The notes under the pieces were generated by a model, which was not told the origin of the DNA, did no database searches, and saw only the letters and a program-made list of their open reading frames with translations. From contig JAVVGF010000001.1 of assembly GCA_032249235.1 (NCBI GenBank), positions 288,001 through 352,000 of the forward strand: 64,000 bases of DNA, read 5' to 3'. This document shows positions 1-8,525 of the stretch, piece by piece (position 1 is the stretch's first letter; every line of letters begins with the position of its first letter). Origin of the DNA: Thermoproteota archaeon. GTDB lineage: Archaea; Thermoproteota; Thermoprotei; Gearchaeales; Gearchaeaceae. The translations under genes were made by a program, and so were the position numbers.

Positions 1-2
1 AC

Positions 3-2291
3 TTTGCTAAGGAAATTGATTATGGTCCAGAACAAAGATGGGTTAACTATACAGCAAGAGATATAATGATTAAGATATTAGCCCAAAATGCAGGTACTTT
101 AATAATATTCTCACAATTTGGCTCAGCAAACAATGTCAATCCAATATCTGGTCAAACCAATCAATACAATATGAATTGGGTATTGAACTATGTTGGATCA
201 AGAGTATACTTCCCAACAGGTGAAAATAAGAGTGCTGCAAGAGACGTGATGCCATTTACTGAAGGTCTACCAAGCATGATGATGCCTTTAACTGCAGGAT
301 GGGACAAGATAACTCTTGGCGGTATTCCATACAACACATTAGACTTCTACTACCAATTCGGTCCATCTTATGAATTGATAACTGATTATCAAGTTAATCA
401 AACAAACAGGAAGCTATTCTTAGATGTCAACTCTCGTAACTTAGATCCTAATAACTATGCTACATACAGTAAATTTGTACTCGCTACGCCAATTCAAACT
501 CCTGAACCATATCCTCCATTAACTACGTATGTATACAAGATAACAGTTCCAAATGCAGACTACGTATTACCAGTATTCGATTACATTGTTATAAGCGCAG
601 GAACAGTAGTTCAAGTTTTAGATTCAAACTATAATATAGTAGGTAGCTTCGTTGCAAACAGCGATACTGAAGTATATGGTAAAATAATTTCAGCTCCTGT
701 AAGAGGTGATACAGTTTACATAAAGTTCGCTTCTGGAACAGCAGTCAAACCAGGATTTGATAAAGGTATAGGAGTTTCATATGTATTATATGCAAGTACT
801 GCTTATCTAAATGATCTAGCAAACTTCTATGTAAAGAATGAATATAGAGAAGGATATACATATCAAGCAGGAAGATTTACAATGGCAAGCTGGCAAGCTA
901 TAGCAGGTAAATGGGGTCCTGCGTTAGTATTAGATACTCACTTAACAGGTGTTCAAGCAAGTTATGGAAACATTCCATTACCTAATGCTAAAGTTATAGC
1001 TTTCGGTGAATATTCATGGTTCAGCAATGCTTACTTCGAGCATGCTATTACGCACATGGTTACACCATTCCAGCTCGAATCGAGATGGAGCATAATATTG
1101 AGAATATTCTTAAGGAGCATATTCCAGTATGCTGCAGGATACTACTCATTAGTATCTAGCGGAATGCAAGCACTAACAACTTTCGTAGATTACTTGAACT
1201 TATTAGCAACGAATGCAAGAAATGCTGGAATGAACGTTAGCTCGAGCTTCGACAATCTAATTGCTCAAACACAGAGCTACTTATCACAGGCAAATGCTTT
1301 CATACTTGATGGTAACTATATAGACGCTGCTAAACCTTTGTTACAGGCTAATTCAACTGCTAATCAAGCAGCTTCTGTATTAGTTGCACAGTTATCAAAC
1401 CAAGCATTCGCAGCAAGAGATTCAGCATGGAGCCTAATAATGAATGCAACAAACTTCATCAATACTACTGCAACATACAACGTAGATGTGAAGTCAGCCA
1501 GAGACTTGTTAAATAGTGCATATGCATCATTTGCTAGTGCAAATGCTACATTAGCTGCATTCAAGTCTTCAGATCCTGCAACTTGGACAACACTAATAGA
1601 TTCATTCAAAGGATTCAAATCTGCAATGGGTATTGCTATGAATGCATGGAGCAAAGCTGGCGATTCTGCATATATATTGGCCAGTATGTTAAGAGATCAA
1701 ATAACGCAGCTCAGCAATGAGATTCAAGCATTACTTAATCAATTTGCTCAGGCTGGTATAGGGACATCTGATGTTACAAAGACCAAGTTGACAACATATA
1801 ATAACAAAGTCACCACTGCAAACTCTGAGCTAGCAAGTTATAACGCTGCAGATGTCACAACATATCCAAGTGCATTGAAAGCAATAGCTGACTACAGAGA
1901 CGCTTTAACCTTAGGACAAGATGTCGAGAAGTCTATATATGCTGATGCAAGAAGTACTGTTGCATCAAGATTATCTGACTTGAAGGCAAAAATTGCTTCA
2001 GTTAAAGCCCAGCCTCACGATGAAGCTAAGTTAAGTGACATTGAAGCAAGAGTTCCAGACTTAGAAAATAGGCTCAATTCTGCAGTGACAGCAAGTGATT
2101 ATATCAGATTACTTAACGATATAAATAACTACATCGCTAAAGCAGATGCTGCAATATTAACTCCGACTCCATCACCTACACCATTCCCGTTCTTGCAATT
2201 AGCCATTATAGTAGTATTGATAATAATACTGATATTCGCTTTAATATACGCTGCAACAAGGAGAAGAGCTAGAACAGTCGTAGCTTTATAG
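3..2291 (+). CDS. Large membrane-anchored surface protein (5' truncated); beta-rich/CUB-like region, long Ala-rich helical stalk, Pro/Thr linker, C-terminal TM anchor
   Basis: The frame is open upstream of the ATG at 66 to the window edge (FAKEIDYGPEQRWVNYTARDI-M). The C-terminus is TPTPSPTPFP, a hydrophobic helix, then RRR. Several N-x-S/T sequons are present. Confidence 0.75.
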   Translation, partial: FAKEIDYGPEQRWVNYTARDIMIKILAQNAGTLIIFSQFGSANNVNPISGQTNQYNMNWVLNYVGSRVYFPTGENKSAARDVMPFTEGLPSMMMPLTAGWDKITLGGIPYNTLDFYYQFGPSYELITDYQVNQTNRKLFLDVNSRNLDPNNYATYSKFVLATPIQTPEPYPPLTTYVYKITVPNADYVLPVFDYIVISAGTVVQVLDSNYNIVGSFVANSDTEVYGKIISAPVRGDTVYIKFASGTAVKPGFDKGIGVSYVLYASTAYLNDLANFYVKNEYREGYTYQAGRFTMASWQAIAGKWGPALVLDTHLTGVQASYGNIPLPNAKVIAFGEYSWFSNAYFEHAITHMVTPFQLESRWSIILRIFLRSIFQYAAGYYSLVSSGMQALTTFVDYLNLLATNARNAGMNVSSSFDNLIAQTQSYLSQANAFILDGNYIDAAKPLLQANSTANQAASVLVAQLSNQAFAARDSAWSLIMNATNFINTTATYNVDVKSARDLLNSAYASFASANATLAAFKSSDPATWTTLIDSFKGFKSAMGIAMNAWSKAGDSAYILASMLRDQITQLSNEIQALLNQFAQAGIGTSDVTKTKLTTYNNKVTTANSELASYNAADVTTYPSALKAIADYRDALTLGQDVEKSIYADARSTVASRLSDLKAKIASVKAQPHDEAKLSDIEARVPDLENRLNSAVTASDYIRLLNDINNYIAKADAAILTPTPSPTPFPFLQLAIIVVLIIILIFALIYAATRRRARTVVAL

Positions 2292-2296
2292 CAGTA

Positions 2297-2341
2297 TTTT
2301 TATTTAATTAATTTTTTTATTTTCTTTTCCTTTTTATTCTT
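2297..2341 (+). terminator. Oligo-T archaeal terminator
   Basis: Multiple T-tracts (ttttt, ttttttt, ttttc) immediately after the stop at 2291. Confidence 0.55.
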
Positions 2342-2869
2342 GTGAATAATAGCACATGCTATCCTCCTTCTGAGGATACCTTTCTTCTTGAAGAATCTAT
2401 TAAAAAAGAAAAAGGACATATTGCAATAGAAGTAGGAGCAGGAACAGGTTATTTATCGCTCGTAATTAAAGATAATTTCAATTTGATTTTAGCAACTGAT
2501 ATATCTTTATATTGCTTGAAAAAATTCAAAGAAAAAATAAGAGAGAAGGGAATTGCGAACATTGAGCTTATTTTAGCGGATCTTTTAACTCCAATTAGAA
2601 ATTATGATATCGACTTAATATTTTTTAATCCTCCTTATTTACCTAAGGATGAATTCAAGACAAATATTGATGATTTTGTAATATATCAAAGAAATGGTAG
2701 AAATATTATAAATGATTTTCTAAAACAAACTAAAAGATTTAAAACTAAAGTTTATTTTGTTTGTTCAAGCTTATCCAATTTTGAAAAAGATAATGTCAAT
2801 ATTGAAGTTGTATTGAGAAAAAAATTATTTTTTGAAGAAATTTATGTTTTAAAATTCTCTACCTTTTAA
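2342..2869 (+). CDS. HemK2/MTQ2-family SAM-dependent methyltransferase (release-factor Gln methyltransferase-like)
   Basis: YPPSEDTFLL N-terminal motif, EVGAGTG SAM-binding motif, FNPPYLP motif. Confidence 0.85.
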   Translation: MNNSTCYPPSEDTFLLEESIKKEKGHIAIEVGAGTGYLSLVIKDNFNLILATDISLYCLKKFKEKIREKGIANIELILADLLTPIRNYDIDLIFFNPPYLPKDEFKTNIDDFVIYQRNGRNIINDFLKQTKRFKTKVYFVCSSLSNFEKDNVNIEVVLRKKLFFEEIYVLKFSTF

Positions 2870-4099
2870 TCTATAAGCTTCTGCTGTTCTTTGAAGTGCA
2901 AGAGTTAATGCTGCAGTCCTCATATCTACTTTTAATTTTTCACTTAATAAAAGTACGTCATAGAATGCTTTGACCATTTTTTCTTCCATTCTTTTCAAAA
3001 CCTCCTCTTTACTCCATTTAAACCTTTGCATATTTTGAACCCATTCAAAATAGCTCACTGTGACTCCTCCAGCATTTGCAAGAATATCTGGCACAACAAG
3101 AACCTTTTTCTTGAACAAAATTTCATCTGCTTCAGGTGTCGTTGGCCCATTTGCTCCTTCCACGATTATTTTGGCTTTAATCTTATCAGCATTGGCTCCA
3201 GTTATTTGATTCTCCAACGCTGCAGGAATAAGTATATCTGCTTCGCTGGTAAGCAACGCTTCATTTGATATTTTCTTCGTATCTTTAAATCCTATAACAC
3301 TTCCTGTTTTATTTTTATATTCTAATAATTCTTTAGGATTTATTCCCTCCTTAATATAAACTCCACCTTGTGAATCGCTTACTGCTATAATTTTGAAACC
3401 ATATTCATAAAGTTTCTCAGCAGCATAATAACCGACATTTCCGAATCCTTGTATTGCAACTGTTGCTGAATTTATATCTAAGCCTAGTTGTTTTGTAGCT
3501 TCTTTAACGCATGCAGCTACACCATAGCCTGTCGCCTCTTTTCTACCTTCTGATCCTCCTAGCTCAACAGGCTTACCTGTTACGACACCATATGCAGGAT
3601 ATCCTTTAAGCTTTGAATATTCATCAAATATCCATGCCATTGTCTGAGCATCTGTATAAACATCAGGTGCAGGAATATCTATATCAGGACCTATTTCGTT
3701 AGCTATCATGTCTATAAATCTCCTAGTCATTCTTTCCTTTTCTCTAACACTCATGTATTTAATAGGGCATGCTATTCCTCCTTTTCCCCCTCCAAATGGC
3801 ACATCTAAAACTGCGCATTTCCATGTCATCCACATAGCTAGGGCAGTTACTTCATCTAAGTTAACATCTGGATGGTATCTTATTCCTCCCTTGTAAGGCC
3901 CTCTAAAATTGTTATGTTGTACTCTATAGCCTGTGAAGACTTTAACAGACCCATCATCCATCAAAACAGGTACGTTTACTATTATTATTTTTTGTGGTTT
4001 CTTCAATATTTCAACGATTTCGCTTTCGAGATTTATTAGCTTTGCAGTATTTTCAAGTTGCTTAATTGCAACTTCATATGGGGATATTGAAACCGGCAT
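2849..4099 (-). CDS. gdhA: Glutamate dehydrogenase (Glu/Leu/Phe/Val DH family)
   Basis: GYRVQHN..RGPYKGGIRYHP, PFGGGKGG, DIPAPDV, GFGNVG, EGANGPTT, ANAGGVTVSYFEWVQN. Confidence 0.95.
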   Translation of the reverse strand: MPVSISPYEVAIKQLENTAKLINLESEIVEILKKPQKIIIVNVPVLMDDGSVKVFTGYRVQHNNFRGPYKGGIRYHPDVNLDEVTALAMWMTWKCAVLDVPFGGGKGGIACPIKYMSVREKERMTRRFIDMIANEIGPDIDIPAPDVYTDAQTMAWIFDEYSKLKGYPAYGVVTGKPVELGGSEGRKEATGYGVAACVKEATKQLGLDINSATVAIQGFGNVGYYAAEKLYEYGFKIIAVSDSQGGVYIKEGINPKELLEYKNKTGSVIGFKDTKKISNEALLTSEADILIPAALENQITGANADKIKAKIIVEGANGPTTPEADEILFKKKVLVVPDILANAGGVTVSYFEWVQNMQRFKWSKEEVLKRMEEKMVKAFYDVLLLSEKLKVDMRTAALTLALQRTAEAYRLKGREF

Positions 4100-4139
4100 A
4101 GAGTAAGATGTGATATCTTTGAAATTATAAAAACTTAAA

Positions 4140-4610
4140 TCATTGCAATTCTTTCTCTAATAAATACCCTACGATTTTAAAACCATTTTTTTCATAGAAT
4201 TTTATTGCAATTTCATTGTCTTTCCATACAATCAATCTTATTTTTTTGACGTTTTTTTCTTTTGAAAGATTTTCTATGTATTTGAGGATATTTGTGCCAA
4301 TTTCTTTTCTTCTATATTCTTTTTCTACAAATAAATCGCTTATATAAGCCCATTTCTCTTTAACTTTAAACGGTTCGCTTGCATTGAGATTAAACAATGC
4401 ATAACCTATAATTTTACTATCGAGTTCTGCAACTGCAATAGAATTTCTATCCCTTGCTAAGATATTAGAGATGACTTCAATCCAATACTTTCTGTTTTCT
4501 TCATTGATTATTATGTTGTTATCACTCACATTAGGCTCTGATAAAAGCTTCATTGCCAATTTGGATATTTCTTCTATTTCTTGATATATGATGGGTCTTA
4601 TTCTTAGCAT
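4140..4610 (-). CDS. GNAT family N-acetyltransferase
   Basis: ISDLFVEKEYRRKEIGT (motif A), NEIAIKFYEKNGF (motif B). Confidence 0.9.
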   Translation of the reverse strand: MLRIRPIIYQEIEEISKLAMKLLSEPNVSDNNIIINEENRKYWIEVISNILARDRNSIAVAELDSKIIGYALFNLNASEPFKVKEKWAYISDLFVEKEYRRKEIGTNILKYIENLSKEKNVKKIRLIVWKDNEIAIKFYEKNGFKIVGYLLEKELQ

Positions 4611-4647
4611 GAAAATAAATAATACATTAAAAATAAAACATAATTGG

Positions 4648-4733
4648 GCGGAGGTGCCCGAGCCAGGTCAAAGGGGCAAGGTTCAGGCCCTTGTGCGTTT
4701 AGCGCTTCGTGGGTTCAAATCCCACCCTCCGCA
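4648..4733 (+). tRNA. tRNA-Leu(CAG), long variable arm, no encoded CCA
   Basis: Acceptor GCGGAGG/CCTCCGC+A; anticodon arm CAAGG-TTCAGGC-CCTTG; T-arm GTGGG-TTCAAAT-CCCAC. Confidence 0.95.
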
Positions 4734-4771
4734 TTTAAACTTAAATATAAATCCCATAAAGTAAATTAATA

Positions 4772-5647
4772 ATGAATTTCAACAAATACTGTGAAGATGA
4801 ATATATTGATCACACCGTTTATTCAAGGCTAGCTAATCTTGAAAGCAATGAAGAAAGGAAGAATATCTTATTAAAGCTGGCTGCTCAAGAAAAAGAACAT
4901 CTGCAATTTTGGTCTAGTCTTGGAGGTAGATATTCTAATAATTTCATGACTAAAGTTAGAATAAACCTAATTATATTTTTAAGATATCTATTCGGTTTGA
5001 CTTTTGCCATAAAATTTATGGAAAGGAATGAAAGAAGGGTAATATCTGAATATAAAAAGGCTTTAGAAAAGCTTGAAGGAGAAAATAGAATCAACCTAGA
5101 GAGAATAATATACGATGAAGTTGAGCATGAAAATTACTGGATTTCTCAAATTAAAGAAAGAGCTGTCACATACATAGGCTTTATCATTCTTGGTCTTGCT
5201 GATGCAATTATCGAAATAACAGGTGTACATGCTGGATTTTTAGGTGTTACGGCATCTACTATCGTAGCAGGTATTGCAGGTTTAGTTGTAGGAATATCTG
5301 CTTCAATAGCTATGGCTTCAGCAGCATATTTGCAAGCTCAACAAGGAAGTCTAGGAAATCCTAGATTATCAGCTATATATACAGGGTTTTCATATATCAT
5401 GACAGCAGTAGCTCTTGCAACCCCTTATTTTTTAACTCATATAATGCTCTTGGCTTTCACACTTTCTTTAATCGTTGCCTTAGCTTTGTTAGCATTTTTC
5501 AATTTTTATTCTGCTGTGATATCAGATAGAGAATTTATTCGTGATTATCTATTCAACTCGGGCTTAATTTTATTAACAGCTTTTGTATCGTTCTTCTTCG
5601 GTACGTTTTTAGGAGAATACTTTGGAATTACAGGAATATTTCATTAA
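4772..5647 (+). CDS. Rubrerythrin/ferritin-like domain fused to VIT1/CCC1 iron/manganese transporter
   Basis: N-terminal EKEH and EVEHE diiron-type motifs; ILGLADAIIE...AGIAGLVVGISASIAMASAAYL VIT1 signature; about 5 TM helices. Confidence 0.85.
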   Translation: MNFNKYCEDEYIDHTVYSRLANLESNEERKNILLKLAAQEKEHLQFWSSLGGRYSNNFMTKVRINLIIFLRYLFGLTFAIKFMERNERRVISEYKKALEKLEGENRINLERIIYDEVEHENYWISQIKERAVTYIGFIILGLADAIIEITGVHAGFLGVTASTIVAGIAGLVVGISASIAMASAAYLQAQQGSLGNPRLSAIYTGFSYIMTAVALATPYFLTHIMLLAFTLSLIVALALLAFFNFYSAVISDREFIRDYLFNSGLILLTAFVSFFFGTFLGEYFGITGIFH

Positions 5648-5680
5648 TTTTATTTTTTTAATTATATTATATTAATCAAT

Positions 5681-6499
5681 GTGATAAAAATAGAAAGACT
5701 TTCAACAGGTATTCCAGAACTAGATAATATATTAGAAGGAGGGATACCTAAAGGTTTTTTCGTAGCTTTAACAGGAGAACCTGGCACAGGTAAAACAATT
5801 ACTTGTATTCATTTCATTGCTCAGGGAATTAAAGAAGGAGATAAATGTATATATGTAACTACAGAAGAATCAGCTTCTTCAATCATTACTCAAGCTTCCC
5901 AATTTAATATAGATTTTCAAAGAGCTATCAACGAAAATAAGCTAATAGTAGTAGATGCCTTGATGGGAAGAGAAGATGAATGGTCTCTTAAAAGTTTGGA
6001 AATGGAAGAATTAGTCAACAAAGTAATAGAAGCTAAGAAAAAGCTAGGATATGGAAGAGCTAGACTAGTAATAGATTCTGTATCAGCTTTTTGGCTCGAT
6101 AGGCCTGCAATGGCAAGAAGGCTTTCATATTATGCAAAAAAAGTACTTTCAAAATGGGATTTCACAGTATTGGCTACTTCGCAATATGCAATAAGCACGT
6201 CTGAAGCTTTTGGATGGGGTGTAGAGCATATTGCAGATGGAATAATAAGATTTAGACGCGCAATAAGGCAAGGAAAATTGCATAGATATTTGATTGTTGA
6301 AAAGATGAGACAAACGGCTCATAGCTTGTATATGTATGAAATCGATATTGTTGATGGAATAGGTTTAGTTATAGTAGGCCCAACTTCAGAAAGAAAAGAA
6401 GATTATGCGTTACCTAAAGAAGTTAAAGAAAAAATCATTAGAGCTAAAGAGAAAAGTAGTGAAGAATTAAGTGAAGCAAATTCTGATGAGAAAAGTTGA
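5681..6499 (+). CDS. Single-domain KaiC-like RecA-superfamily ATPase
   Basis: RLSTGIPELD, Walker A GEPGTGKT, YVTTEE, Walker B LVIDS, EHIADGII, VEKMR. Confidence 0.9.
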   Translation: MIKIERLSTGIPELDNILEGGIPKGFFVALTGEPGTGKTITCIHFIAQGIKEGDKCIYVTTEESASSIITQASQFNIDFQRAINENKLIVVDALMGREDEWSLKSLEMEELVNKVIEAKKKLGYGRARLVIDSVSAFWLDRPAMARRLSYYAKKVLSKWDFTVLATSQYAISTSEAFGWGVEHIADGIIRFRRAIRQGKLHRYLIVEKMRQTAHSLYMYEIDIVDGIGLVIVGPTSERKEDYALPKEVKEKIIRAKEKSSEELSEANSDEKS

Positions 6500-7344
6500 T
6501 ATTAGAACATTATAATAGAAATGATGTTTTGGAGGAGATAATTAAATTTTCTAAAGATCGTTGGCTTGCTTTCTTAATTGATAATAAAATATTTAAGAGA
6601 TATCAAAATAAAATTCCTTTAAAAGCTGATAATATAGATGAATTGAAAAATTTAATTATAAAATTTAAGCCTAGATCTATATTTGCGAGTATAAATCTAT
6701 ATAAAAAATTAGAAAATAAAAATGATCTTGAATTAAATAATATTTATTCATGCACACCTACTATAGATATAGATAATGATATAAAAAACTGGAAAGCCAC
6801 AATAAAAATAGTTGAAGAAATTGTATATTTACTCGATAAGTTCAATATAAAAAAATCTATTATAATAAAATGGTCAGGAAATGGTTGTCATTTGCATTTG
6901 AATCACAAGGCTATTTCAGAAAGCATTACTAAGAAATATCATCCTCTTGACTTGGCTTATGCTGTAGTTGAATTTATAATAAGAAAAATTGAGCCAAAAG
7001 TCTTTGAAAATAAGAAAGAATTGAAGGAACTTAAAATAGAAAATAAAATAGATGCTAAACGTGTATTTACAGCACCTTTAAGTCTGCATAGAGAACTAGA
7101 TGTTGTTTGTATATGCATATCTTTGAACGATTTAAAAAATTTCGATATATCTTGGACTGCTATTAATAATTTTAAGCATTTCAAGGATTGGGACAGATTT
7201 GATGTAGGAGAATTAGATGAATTGCTCGAAATTGCTTACCGAGAAATAGGGCCGCGTTCTTTAAAGAGATATAAAAGAAAGTATCCTCCTGTAGATGAAC
7301 AAATAAGGCAATTTCTTGATAAATACGGCAATTTGAAAGTATAA
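6496..7344 (+). CDS. Archaeo-eukaryotic primase (AEP) superfamily protein, uncharacterised
   Basis: Motif I IDIDND, motif II KWSGNGCHLH, motif III KIDAKRVFTAPLSLH. Overlaps the KaiC-like gene by 4 nt. Confidence 0.7.
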   Translation: MILEHYNRNDVLEEIIKFSKDRWLAFLIDNKIFKRYQNKIPLKADNIDELKNLIIKFKPRSIFASINLYKKLENKNDLELNNIYSCTPTIDIDNDIKNWKATIKIVEEIVYLLDKFNIKKSIIIKWSGNGCHLHLNHKAISESITKKYHPLDLAYAVVEFIIRKIEPKVFENKKELKELKIENKIDAKRVFTAPLSLHRELDVVCICISLNDLKNFDISWTAINNFKHFKDWDRFDVGELDELLEIAYREIGPRSLKRYKRKYPPVDEQIRQFLDKYGNLKV

Positions 7345-7400
7345 TGAATTTTTTCGAGTAAAAGTTTAAATATTATTAAGTGGGTAATTAGCAAAATTTA

Positions 7401-8525
7401 ATGACAGATTTAAAAGCCCTGCTCATACTAGAAGACGGAAGTTTTTGGAAGGGTCGGGGCTTCGGTTTTCCACGTAAAGTCTTTGGAGAAGTGGTTTTCA
7501 ATACTGGAATGGTAGGATATCCAGAAGCTTTCACAGATCCTTCATACCTTAATCAAATATTAGTTATGACCTATCCTCTTATAGGTAATTATGGTGTTCC
7601 AGAATTAACTTATGATGAATATGGATTGCCAATAGGTTTCGAATCAGAAAAAATTCAAATATCTGGCTTAGTTGTTCAAGAAGCTTGCGAAATCCCAAGC
7701 CATCCTAGTTCTAAATATTCAATTCATGAATGGTTATTTAGACAAGGAATTCCTGCTATTCAAGATGTAGATACTAGAGAAATAACCAAAAGGCTTAGAA
7801 ATAAAGGCGTTATGATGGGAGCATTGGTAGTTAGCGAAGATGAAATTAATGAGGATGAAATTTATGCAGAATTGAAGAAAGCAGAGAAGTATGATGCTAA
7901 ATTCATCGCTCCTCCTAAAATAGAGCCTAAATTTTATGGTGAAAAAGGTCCTTTAGTTGCTTTCATCGATTGTGGAGCAAAAGCTAGTATTATAAGAAAT
8001 GTACTAAATCGAGGTTTCAGGATAATAAGGTTACCATATGATACAGATTTCGATGAATTGCTTTCTTATAATCCAAAAGGAGTTATTGTTAGCAATGGAC
8101 CAGGAAATCCTAAAAAATTCACAAAAACGATAGAACTTATAAAGAATATCATAGATTCTCGCATTCCTACCTTAGGCATATGTTTAGGAAATCAGTTAAT
8201 AGCTCTAAGCTATGGTGCAAATACTTTCAAAATGAAATATGGTCATAGAGGTCAAAACAAACCATGCGTTAATTTACAAGAAAATAGAGTTTACATAACA
8301 AGTCAAAATCATGGTTATGCCGTTGATCCTGATTCGTTGAAAGATAAAACTTTAAAGATTTGGTGGATTAATGCTGATGATTCAACTATTGAAGGTTTAA
8401 TTGATTTGGAAAGGAATGTAATTTCTGTTCAATTCCATCCTGAAGCAAATCCTGGTCCTTATGATACCTTGTTTGTCTTTGAGATTTTCAAGAAAATAGT
8501 TGAAAAGGTGGATTATCATGCCTAG
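7401..8525 (+). CDS. carA: Carbamoyl-phosphate synthase small (glutaminase) subunit
   Basis: GEVVFNTGMVGYPE, SNGPGNP, GICLGNQ, GHRGQN, SQNHGYAVD, QFHPE. Confidence 0.97.
   Translation: MTDLKALLILEDGSFWKGRGFGFPRKVFGEVVFNTGMVGYPEAFTDPSYLNQILVMTYPLIGNYGVPELTYDEYGLPIGFESEKIQISGLVVQEACEIPSHPSSKYSIHEWLFRQGIPAIQDVDTREITKRLRNKGVMMGALVVSEDEINEDEIYAELKKAEKYDAKFIAPPKIEPKFYGEKGPLVAFIDCGAKASIIRNVLNRGFRIIRLPYDTDFDELLSYNPKGVIVSNGPGNPKKFTKTIELIKNIIDSRIPTLGICLGNQLIALSYGANTFKMKYGHRGQNKPCVNLQENRVYITSQNHGYAVDPDSLKDKTLKIWWINADDSTIEGLIDLERNVISVQFHPEANPGPYDTLFVFEIFKKIVEKVDYHA

Noticed and set aside
2342-2869. DNA adenine methyltransferase of a restriction-modification system (NPPY motif)
   Set aside because: The YPPSEDT N-terminus and small size fit HemK2/MTQ2 protein methyltransferases. 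No target-recognition domain or nuclease partner is present.
7352-7363. Shared TTTCGAGTAAAA upstream of carA and cdc6 (about 46078)
   Set aside because: It is AT-rich, non-palindromic and at different distances from the TATA boxes, so evidence for a regulatory site is insufficient.
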